A stretch of DNA of 60,000 bases, from positions 174,718,001 through 174,778,000 of the forward strand of contig CM059425.1 of NCBI GenBank assembly GCA_030390025.1. Reading direction: 5' to 3'. This stretch comes from Squalus acanthias. Taxonomy: Eukaryota. Below the pieces are notes generated by a model. It was not told the DNA's origin. It made no database searches and worked only from the letters and a program-made list of their open reading frames with translations. The position numbers and the translations under genes were made by a program. Shown here piece by piece: positions 33,888-44,300 of this stretch. Numbering within the stretch: position 1 is the first letter of the stretch; each line of letters opens with the position of its first letter.

Positions 33888-36030
33888 AAGGAGGGAGAGA
33901 GAAAACAGGGAACTACAGGCCAGTTAACCTTACATCAGTCGTAGGGAAAATGCTGGAAACCATTATTAAAGAAGTGGTAACAAGGCACTTAGAAAATCGT
34001 AATATGATTAGGCAGAGTCAACATGGTTTTATGAAAAGGAAATCATGTTTAATTTTATTAGAGTTTTTTGAGGATGTAACTAGCAGGGTAGATAAAGGGG
34101 AACCAGTGGATGTAGTATATTTGGATTTCCAAAAGGCATTTGATAAGGTGCCACATAAAAGGTTGCTATGCAAGATAAGGGCTCGTGGGGTTGGGGTAAT
34201 ATATTAGCATGGATAGAGGATTGATTAATAGACAGAAAGAAGAGAGTAGGGATAAACGGGTCATTTTCTGGTTGGCAGGCTGTAACTGGTGGGGTGCCGC
34301 TAGGATCAGTGCTTGGGCCTCAGCTATTTACAATCTATATTAATGACTTGGATGAAGGGACCTAGTGCAATGTATCCAAGTTTTCTGATGATACAAAGCT
34401 AGGTGGGAAAGCAAGCTGTGAGGAGGATACAAAGAGCCTGCAAAGGGATATGGACAGGATAAATGAGTGGGCAATAAAGTGGCAGATGGAGTATAATGTG
34501 GGGAAATGTGAGGTTATTCACTTTGGTAGGAAGAATAGAAAAACAGAATATTTTTTGAACGGTGAGAAACTATTAAATGTTGGTGTTCAGAGAGATTTAG
34601 GTGTCCTCGTACAGGAAACACAGAAAGTTAGCATGCAGGTGCAACAAGCAATTAGGAAGGCAAATGGTATGTTGACCTTTATTGCAAGGGGGTTTGAGTA
34701 TAAGAGTAAGGAAGTCTTACTGCAATTGTACAGAGCTTTGTTGAGACCGCACCAGAAATACTGTGCACAGTTTTGGTCTCCTTATCTGAGGAAGGACATA
34801 CTCGCCTTTTAGTCGATTGATCCCTGGGATAAGAGGGTTGCCCTATGAGGAAAGATTGAGTAGATTGGGCCTATACTCTATGGAGTTTAGAAGAATGAGA
34901 GGTGATCTCATTGAAACATAAGATTCTGAGGGGGTTTGACAGGGTAGATGCTGAGTGGTTGTTTCCTCTGGCTGGAGAGTCTAGGACTAGGGGGCATAGT
35001 CTCAGGATAAGGGGTCGGCCATTTAAGACTGAGATGAGGAGGAATTCCTTCACACAGAGGGTTGTGAATCTTTGGAATTCTCCACCCCAAAGGGCTGTGG
35101 ATGCTGAATCATTGGGTATCTCCAAGGCTGAGATAGATAGATTTATGGGCCCAAAAATTAGTCTTAGTACGCGAGAGTACGCACTGTGTACTCTCGCGTA
35201 TTCTGTCTCCAATTGCCGGTTTTCTGCATGCACTGCGCATGCGCTGAAAACCGGCACTTGGTGAACTCAAAAGGGGGCGGTTCCTAAGTGAACCGCGTGC
35301 GCGCTACAGGCTGCGCGCACGCAGTGCACTTAGTGCTTTGAACGTGCAGGTAAGCACGGAAGATTTTGCACATAAAGAAAGGAGGCGTAAGACCCTCTTT
35401 TAACAAGGTAAGTAGTTAATTAAGTATTATTTTAAAAAATTTTCAACAGGTTTATCTTTTTTAGAAACTTTAAAGAAAGGTAAGTTTATTTTTATAACTG
35501 TTAAAAAAAGATTTTAAATTTTTTCAAAAATTTAATTTTTTGTTTAAAGTGGTTAATTTATTTAACTATACTTATTTTATTAATGTGATGGTTTTTTTTT
35601 AAATTTAATTGAGGTTTAGCTGTTCTTTTGGGGGGGTATAGATTCATAGCTTTGACAGCCCTTGCTGTCAAAACTATGAATGAAAGATGGTGTGCTGCCA
35701 TTGGCTCTAACTGAATCACGTGATCCCACAGCTCGCACAAATTAACTGCGTCTGTGGGATACGCACACACTGCACAGCTGCAGCCTTGAAACTAAAGTTC
35801 GTGTGAGCTCGGAAGGAAAAGGCAGGCGCGCAGTGAGATATCGCGGGGAAGCCTTACCCCCGCAGGAAGGCTCCGTCTTTAATTTCTGGGCCATGGACTC
35901 TAGGGGAATCAAGGGATATGGAGGTAGGGCGGGAAAGTGACCTTGAGGTCGAAGACCAGCCATAATCTTATTGAATGGCGGCACCGGCTGAGGGGCCTTA
36001 TGGCCTACTCCTACTCCTAATTCTTATTTC
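33888..36030 (+). mobile_element. CR1 LINE RT and 3' UTR, split by a MITE
   Basis: ORFs 33950-34207, 34450-34812, 34902-35264. Confidence 0.92.
35148..35892 (+). mobile_element. Family B Harbinger-like MITE
   Basis: TIRs ggcccaaaaatta / taatttctgggcc, ATG duplicated. Confidence 0.85.
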
Positions 36031-38481
36031 TTAACTGCTACTTTGTTTCTTCCTTCCGAAGCAGTTTATAAACCAGTTTTCTACCCTTCCCCTAATTCCA
36101 TGCCCCTTAATCTTCTCTATTCGTCTCCTAAGTGGTATCTTGTCGAAGGCTTTCTGAAAGTCCATATAAACCACGTCCACTGTATTTCCCCCATGCAACG
36201 TATCTGTCATGTCCTCAAAGAACTCTATCCTGTTGTCAGGTATGATCTTCCTTTTTGAAATCAATGTTGGTTGCTTCTAATTATTTTCTCTTCATCTAGA
36301 TACTTAGTAATTTGATCTTGTTAAGTATGTCTGCCAATTTCTATTTATCCTCTTCTAGCTCCCAGATTTTAGGGAGCTAGGAAAGAGATTAAAAAGCAGG
36401 ACCTCAAAGGTAGTAATCTCTGGATTACTTCCTGTGCCACGAGATAGTGAGTATAGAAATAGGAACGTAGAGCAGATGAATGTGTGGCTGGAGAGATGGT
36501 ACAGGATGGAGGGCTTCAGATTCCTGGGACATTGGAACCGGTTCTGGGGGAGGTGGGACTTGTACAGGACGGACGGGTTGCACCTCAACAGAGCTGGAAC
36601 CAATGTCCTTGCGGGGGGTTTTACTAGTGCTGTTGGGGAGGGTTTAAACTAATTTGGCAGGGGGTTGGGCACCAGGATGTAGCATTAGAAAGGAGAAACA
36701 AAGTGCACAAAGGATGGTGAGAGACAGATAGCACTAGAGTAAGAAATAGTACGGTATTAGGTGGGGTCAGACGAAGAGGCAATACAACAAGGTCTAAGAT
36801 ATGAAGTGTGAATGCACGAAGCGTGGTAAATAAGGTTGGTGAGCTGCAGGCGCAAATAGCCACATGGGGATATGATGTCATGCCGGTAATGGAGACCTGG
36901 CTCATAAAAGGGCAGGATTGGGTTTTAAATATTCCTGGATAGAAGGTGTTCAGGAAAGATAGGGAAGGAAAGAAAGGAGGTGGGGTGGCAGTATTGATTA
37001 AGGAGAATGTTGCAGTGCTGGAGAGAGAGGATGTCCTGGAGGGCTAAGGACAAAATCTATTTGGTTAGAGTTAAGAAATAAAATAGGTGCCGTTACACTA
37101 CTAGGTGTATTCTTTAGGCCACCAGCTAGTGGGAAAGATATAGAGGAGCAAATTTGCAGGGAAATTAAAGAGAGGTGCAAGAACTATAGAGTAGTGATAA
37201 TGGGGGACTTCAATTATCCTAGCATAGACTGGGATAGTAATAGCGTAAAGGGCGGAGAGGGGGAAGAATTTCTGAAGTGTGTTCAGGAGAACTTTCTTGA
37301 TCAGTATATTTCCGACTCAACGAGGAAGGAGGCATTGCTGGATCTGGTTCTGGGGAATGATGTGGGTCAAGTGGAGCAAGTGTCAGTAGGGTAACATTTA
37401 GGGAACAGTGATCATAGTATCATCAGGTTTAGATTAGCTATGGAAAAGGACAGGGAGCAATCTAGAGTAAAAATACTTAATTGGAACAAGGCAAATTTCA
37501 GTGGGTTGAGAATGGATCTGGCCTGGGTAAATTGGAATCAAATATTGGCAGGCAAAACTGTAATCGAACAATGGGCTGCCTTTAAAGAGGAGATGGTTCG
37601 GGTACAGTCAAGGTACATTCCCATGAGGGAGAAAGGTAGGACAACTGAAGCCAGAGCTCTCTGGATGACGAAAGAGATAGAGAGTCAGATGAAGCAGAAA
37701 AAGGGGGCGTATGACAGATGTCAGGTTGAGGATAAAAGTGAAAATCGGGATGAATATAGAAAGTTCAGAGGGGAAGTGAAAAAGAAAATAAGAGGAGCAA
37801 AGAGAGAGTATGAGAATAGATTGGCAGCTAACATAAAAGGGAATTCAAAAGTCTTATGTAGGCATATAAGTAATAAACGAGTAGTAAGAGGAGGGGTGAG
37901 GCCGATTAGGGACCAAAAAGGAGACTTGCGCATGGAGGCATGAAAGGGACAGTGGCAGCATGGATACGAAATTGGCTAAGTGACAGGAAACAGAGTAGTG
38001 GTGAACGGTTGTTTATCGGACTGGAGGAAGGTATACAGTGGTGTTCCCCAGGGGTCTTTACTAGGACCACTGCTTTTCTTGATATATATTAATGACTTGG
38101 ACTTGGGTATACAGGGTACAATTTCAAAATTTGCAGATGACACAAAACTTGGAAGTATAGTGAACAGTGAGGAGGATAGTGATAGACTTCAAGAAGACAT
38201 AGACAGGCTGGTGGAATGGTCGGATACGTGGCAGATGAAATTTACCGCAGACAAGTGTGAAGTGATACATTTTGGTAGGAAGAACGAGGAGAGGAAATAC
38301 AAACTAAAGGGTAAAATCTTAGAGGGTGCATGAACAGAGAGTCCTGGGGGTATATGTGCACAAATCGTTGAAGGTGGCAGGGCAGGTTGACAAAGCGGTT
38401 AAAAAAGCATACGGAATCCTGGCCTTCATAAATAGAGAAGTCGCACAACACCAGGTTATAGTCCAACAGATTTACTTAATT

Positions 38482-38519
38482 TTACAAGCTTTCGGAGCTG
38501 TCGCTCCTTCGTCAGGTAA
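38482..38519 (-). ncRNA. Minimal hammerhead ribozyme motif (left arm)
   Basis: Exact reverse complement of 38709-38746. Confidence 0.75.
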
Positions 38520-38708
38520 GTTAGCAATGAGAGAATCTCCCAGAATTCACAATTTAAACCCAGACAAAATCTATTCACATTATTCGCTACAACAAAGAGC
38601 ACAGCCAAGACAATGAGATGAGACTGTGCTCTTTGTTGTAGCGAATAATGTGAATAGATTTTGTCTGGGTTTAAATTGTGAATTCTGGGAGATTCTCTCA
38701 TTGCTAAC

Positions 38709-38746
38709 TTACCTGACGAAGGAGCGACAGCTCCGAAAGCTTGTAA
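38709..38746 (+). ncRNA. Minimal hammerhead ribozyme motif (right arm)
   Basis: TTAC-CTGACGA-A-GGAGC-GACA-GCTCC-GAAA-GC-TT-GTAA. Confidence 0.78.
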
Positions 38747-39544
38747 AATTAAATAAATCTGTTGGACTATAACCTGGTGTTGTGCGACTTCTCATTTTTG
38801 TCCACCCCAGTCCAACGCCGGCATCTCCACATCATGACCTTCATAAATAGAGGCATAGAGTACAAAAGCAAGGAAGTTAGGATGAACCTTTATAAACCAC
38901 TGGTTCGGCCTCAACTGGAGTATTGTGTCCAATTCTGGGCACCGCACTTTAGGATGGATGTGAAGGCCTTAAGAGAGGGTGCAGAAAAGATTTACGAGAA
39001 TGATTCCTGGGATGAGGGACTTCAGTTACATGGATTGACGAGAGAAGCTGGGGTTGTTCTCCTTAGAGCAGAGAAAGTTGAGAAGAGATTTGATAGAGGT
39101 GTTCAAAATCATGAGGGGTCGAGATAGAGAGAAACTGTTCCCATTGGCGGACGGGTCGAGAACCAGAGGACACAGATTCAAGGCGATTGGCACAAGAACC
39201 AAAGGCGACATGAGGAAAACTTTTTTATGCAGTGAGTGGTTAGGATCTGGAATGCACTGCCTGAAAGGGTGGTGAAGGCAGACTCAATCGTGGCTTTTAA
39301 AATTGAATTGGATAAGTACCTGAAGGAAAAAAATTTGCAGGGCTACGAGGAGAGGGCGGGGGAGTGGGACGAGCTGAAGTGCTCTTGCAGAGAGCCGGCA
39401 CGGGCTCGATGGGCCGAATGGCGGCCTCCTGTGCTGCAACCATTCTATGACACTAACTCACTATCCTCTCCTCTCTGGAGTCCCACCTCACATTTAACAA
39501 TTCTCTTCTTGTAGTATAGTATTCTACAAATAGATCAATAAGAA

Positions 39545-40170
39545 AAACAAATGGAATTTTTATAATGCATTTAACGTATAAAAAAACCCAAAGCACTTTA
39601 CAGAAGCGTAATAGACAAAACATGGACCCCGAGCCAAAGAAGGAGTGACCAAAAGTTGGTTGTAGAGCTGGGTTTTATGGAGGGTCTTAAGGAAAGGGAG
39701 GTAGAGAGGCAGTGTGTTTCGGGAGGAATTTCAGAGTGTAGTGTCTAGAGGGGCTGAAGGCATGGCAGGCAATGGTGGGGCAAAGGGAGAGGTAATGTAG
39801 AAGAGGCCAGACTCCTGATGGGTGGGGGGTTGTACGGTTGAAGGAGGTTAAAAAGCGTGAGGATGAGGCGATGAAGAAATGTAAACATAAGGATGAGATT
39901 TTAAAATTTGAGGTGCTGAATGCCAATGTACATCATCAAGGACAGAAGTTGGGTGAGCGGGACTTGGTGGGGATAGGCTACAGGCAGCAGCATTTTGGAT
40001 GAGCTGAAGCTTAGAGAGGGTGGAGGAGGGGAGGCTGGCCAGGAGAGCATTGGAATAGTCAAGTCTGGAGGTGCAAAAAGCATTAATGAGGGTTTCAGCA
40101 GCAGGTGGGCTGAGGCGAGGGTGAAGGCAGGCGATACTACAAGTATTTGTGATGGAGAAGATATGTGGTC
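39545..40170 (-). mobile_element. L2 LINE 3' end
   Basis: SRLDYSNALLASL, KLQLIQN; tail homologous to 49900-49950. Confidence 0.85.
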
Positions 40171-40323
40171 ATATTTTGTTCTTTTTTGAGATTCTCTTCT
40201 CGTACTCTCTCATTGCTTTCTTTATCTCTTTTTTTTAATTTTTCTTCTTTTCTTATTTTTAACACACCTGTAAGCCCCATATGCCCTCTTGTTCAAGTTT
40301 AGTTTGTTTCTAATCTCTATGTG

Positions 40324-40404
40324 GCTGAGGTGGCCAAGTCGTTAAGGCAATCGTTAGTAATCCATTGTACTAGGCAGGCCAAGGGTTCGAATTGCATTCT
40401 CAAA
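40324..40404 (+). pseudogene. tRNA-Ser(GCT)-derived pseudogene or SINE head
   Basis: gaggtggccaagtcgttaaggcaat..taatccattgt..gggttcgaat..cattctc aligns to vertebrate tRNA-Ser(GCT); anticodon arm and acceptor stem broken. Confidence 0.75.
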
Positions 40405-40429
40405 TTAGGGAAATGTGTGATGCCTGAAT

Positions 40430-40752
40430 TTCAGGTCCAGAATGCGTAGCCTCCACCAGGAGGCTCAGTTTGACTGCTTGACTGTCTTCCGTGGCCTTTT
40501 GTAAGCCGGGTGATCTTGGAGAGATGATGCAGTGCCCAACGGTACGCTTGAGGCCTTCCGTGACCGCTGGGCACCACTGTATACAGGTTGTGTAATTGAC
40601 AGACAGACTCTAATACTAATTTTGCAACATACTTTTGGTTTGTTCGGCCAATTGTATTAGTGGTGCCTTCCTCTCGGAGGAAAATTAAGAGTGTATTTTA
40701 TTTGCTGCAGGCACTGGGTAAAGCCCAGTACCACCTTATTGGCCCCTTCAAA
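40430..40752 (+). mobile_element. Tx1/L1-clade LINE 3' end
   Basis: DCLTVFRG and AVPNGTLEAFRDRWAP..GCVID resemble Tx1-type ORF2 C-termini as recalled. Confidence 0.6.
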
Positions 40753-42395
40753 AGATTTCCACGGCATTCTAAAGTTTGGAGTCTCATTTCTAAAAGATAT
40801 ATTTATTCTGCAACTTTGCAATCTACTTTTTAAAAATGTACAATTCTTGATTGACAGTTCTGTGGGCCAATTTATTTTCCACAGCACTGGATCTGGCTCA
40901 CTCATTTTTCTAAAATCTGCCCTATTCCAGTCTGGTGTTTCTATTTTTGTACTGACTTTTTCGTTTTCTATTTGGACCTTAAACCTTATCGTATTATGGT
41001 CACTGCTCCCGAGATTCTGACCCACATTTAACTCATTTACCTGATCTAGTTGGTCTGGGGAGATGAGAATTTTTTTACGCAGTGTGTTGTTATGATCTGG
41101 AATGCACTGCCTAAAAGGGTGTTGGAAGCAGTTTCAGTTGTAACTTTCATAAGGGAATTGGTATATTCTTGAAAAGGAAGAATTTGTAGGGCTGTGGGGA
41201 AAGAGCAGGGGAGTGGAACTAATTGGATAGCTCTTTCGAAGGGATGGCACAGGCACATTGGGCCGAATGGCCTCCTTCCGTGCTCTGCGGTTCTATTTTG
41301 TTAGTCATAACTTGATCTAGCAACGCCTCTCCCCTTGTAGCATTGGCACATACTGCTAATGGAAGGAATCCTACGCACATTTTAGGAATTCCATTCCTTT
41401 TTTGCTGTTGACTCCTTCCTGCCCAATCAATTAGTTGTTAGTTATTCCTACTCATCTCCCAGATTTCTTCTTCCATTTCCATCCTACAATTAGGGAGCCT
41501 GTCGTCCAGCCCCATGAAAATAACAAGCTTTTTTCCTCTTTGGTCTCTAACCATAATGACTCTTTTTTGTGTAAATTAATCTCGTCTACAGCATTCATGC
41601 CACTCCTTTCTTTCCCTCCTAAAAATATTATAACCCAATACACTTATTTTCTACTCCTACCCAGCATGTATCCAGGTTTCTGTTAGTGCTATTCAATTTA
41701 TATCTTCCTCTGACGTAATTGCTTCTAATTCCCCCAGTTTATTTCCCTCAATCTGAGCATTGCAATGCATGCACTTTTCTTTGTTTATATTTAAAGTCTC
41801 ATACGCCTTTATCAAATTTTTCTACAGCTACTTAACAAACTCTCCTTTGAATTAGGCCTCACTGCCTCCACTTGTAGTCCATTCCAGGCATTCACCCTCC
41901 TGTGTTAAATAGTTAAATCCAAATTTATCTTTTCACTCACCCTCTTCTGAGTTTAAGTGTCTATGCCCTCTTGTAGAATTTGTGGCTATGTTAAACATAG
42001 CAACATTTATCATGTCCATGCCCTTTCTGGTAGAGAATTGAACTAGAAATTGTTCAAGAAATGTTACTTGAAATGAACCTTCATATGCAGCTCAGTCTCT
42101 ATCCGCCCTGTGTGCACATGGACAAGTAATGTATACAGCATTATACCAGCAAAAATGCAAGAAAATAGGATAAATAATGTAATTTTTGGTTTTTACACAC
42201 ATTTATCAACAAACTGGCTGGTGCTACTGGAGTCTGAGATAAAGATAGAGATAAATTAGGTGGGGCAGAAAAGGAATGGAGGTTCAACATAATGGATGTC
42301 CACCCCATTTTCTGATATATAACACCCACTTTCCACCCAAAAATCAAGTGTTGCTGATTGGAAAATATTATCCTACTGTGTCATGAGGGAAGATA

Positions 42396-43670
42396 TTCGA
42401 CAAGGTGCCACATAAAAGATTATTGCTCAAGATAAAAAATCACTGGATTGGGGGTAATATTCTGGCATGGGTGGAGGATTGGTTATCTAACAGGAAGCAG
42501 AGAGTTGGGCTAAATGGTTCATTCTCGGACTGGCAACCAGCAGCCAGTGGTGTTCCGCAGGGGTCGTTGCTGGGTCTCCAACTCATTACAATCCATATTA
42601 ACGATTTGGAGGAGGGGACCGAGTGTAACATATCAAAGTTTGCAGATGATACAAAGATGGGAGGGAAAGTAGAAAGTGAGGACGACATAAAAAACCTACA
42701 AGGGGATATAGACAGGCTGGGTGAGTGGGCGGAGATTTGGCAGATGCAATACAATATTGGAAAATGTGAGGTTATGCACTTTGGCAGGAAAAATCAGAGA
42801 GCAAGTTATTATCTTAATGGCGAGAAACTGCAAAGTACTGCAGTATAAAGGGATCTGGGGGTCCTCATGCAAGAAAATCAAAAAGTTAGTATGCAGGTGC
42901 AGCAGGTGATCAAGAAGGCCAATGGAATGTTGGCTTTTATTGCTAGGGGGATAGATTATAAAAACAGGGAGGTATTGCTGCAGTTATATAAGGTATTGGT
43001 GAGACCGCACCTGGAATACTGCATACAGTTTTGGTGTCCATACTTAAGAAAAGACATACTTGCTCTCGAGGCAGTACAAAGAAGGTTCACTCGGTTAATC
43101 CCGGGGGTGAGGGGGTGGACATATGAGGAGAGGTTGAGTAGATTGGGACTCTACTCATTGGAGTTCAGAAGAATGAGAGGCGATCTTATTGAAACATATA
43201 AGATTGTGAAGGGGCTTGATCGGGTGGATGCGTTAAGGATGTTCCCAAGGATGGGTGAAACTAGAACTAGGGGGCATAATCTTAGAATAAGGGGCTGCTC
43301 TTTCAAAACTGAGATGAGGAGAAACTTCTTCACTCAGAGGGTAGTAGGTCTGTGGAATTTGCTGTCCCAGGAAGCTGTGGAAGCTACATCATTAAATAAA
43401 TTTAAAACAGAAATAGACAGTTTCCTAGAAGTAAAGGGAATTAGGGGTTACGGGGAGCGGGCAGGAAATTGGACATGAGGCTGAGTTCGGATCGGTCGAG
43501 GCCCTGTGGGTGGCGGAGCGGGCCCAGGGGCTGAGTGGCCGGGTCCTGATCCTACTTCTTGTGTTCTTTAGATTTGAGGTTAGGATCAGATCAGCCATGA
43601 TCTTATTGAATGGCGGAGCAGGCTTGAGGGGCCGATTGGCCTACTCCTGCTCCTATTTCTTATGTTCTTA
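42396..43670 (+). mobile_element. CR1 LINE RT with doubled 3' UTR
   Basis: ORFs 42405-42848 and 42867-43478 separated by one stop. Confidence 0.93.
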
Positions 43671-44004
43671 TAAACAGTTCTTTTGTCTGGTTCTGTAGTG
43701 TGCTTCTGCTCACTTTATCAGGGAATTCTGTCCGGCAAAACTCTTTCCAGCCATGCAAGAAAAGAAGGACAATCCCAGGAGTTGAACCCACCTGCTGTCC
43801 TCAAATTGAGAAACCAATACAAGGCGATCTGAGTAAACCATATACTATCTATGAAAATGTACACTCAATCCCTTTACTAAGGCTGAACAGAGGTTTATGT
43901 CCTTGGTCAATGTTTGCTGTTTGTCGGATGTAACAGTTGATCAGCTACTGTCACATGAATTCAGATGAGAGTAGGCTTTATAGTAACAATAAGGTTAATA
44001 AAGA

Positions 44005-44110
44005 AAAGAACTTGCCTTTATCTAGCACCTTTCACGTCCTCAGAACATCTCAAACCTTTCACAGCCAATGAATTACTTTTGAAGTGTAATCACTGTTGTT
44101 AATGTAGAGA
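44005..44110 (-). mobile_element. Deu-SINE/L2-type tail fragment
   Basis: Reverse homologue of 30290-30395. Confidence 0.65.
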
Positions 44111-44129
44111 AATAAGGGCACAGAACATA

Positions 44130-44300
44130 CCTTGGCTGGGGGACTTCAATGTCCATCACCAAGAGTGGCTCGGTAGCACCACTACTGACCGAGCTGGCTG
44201 AGTTCTGAAGGACATAGCTGCCAGTCTGGGCCTGCAGCAGGTGGTGAGAAAATCAACACTAGGGAAAAACCTACTTGACTTCATCCTCACCAATCTACCT
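44130..44300 (+). mobile_element. Zenon-like LINE endonuclease fragment
   Basis: LGDFNVHHQEWL, NLLDFILTN; matches 20420-20455. Confidence 0.8.

Larger units (their letters stand above)
38438..38837. mobile_element. Penelope-like insertion: inverted pLTR pair plus tail, 15-bp target duplication
   Basis: ccttcataaatagag at 38423-38437 and 38838-38852; arms 38435-38604 and 38624-38793. Confidence 0.85.
36355..39450 (+). mobile_element. CR1 LINE: ORF1 esterase C-terminus, endonuclease, internal deletion near 37942, RT, 3' UTR
   Basis: DGLHLNRAGTNVL, MGDFNYP, GVPQGSLLGP, FADD. Confidence 0.92.
40170..41800 (-). mobile_element. Old CR1 endonuclease/linker region, interrupted by 40321-40752 and by a + strand CR1 3' end at ~41056-41295
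   Basis: EIKKAMREYEKR, LGSSDHNTIRF, ESLWLET. Confidence 0.7.

Noticed and set aside
38326..38701. Two ORFs sharing MRESPRIHNLNPDKIYSHYSLQQRAQ
   Set aside because: Consequence of the inverted repeat, not duplicated genes
40324..40404. Functional tRNA gene
   Set aside because: Acceptor stem, anticodon arm and T-arm pairing are disrupted
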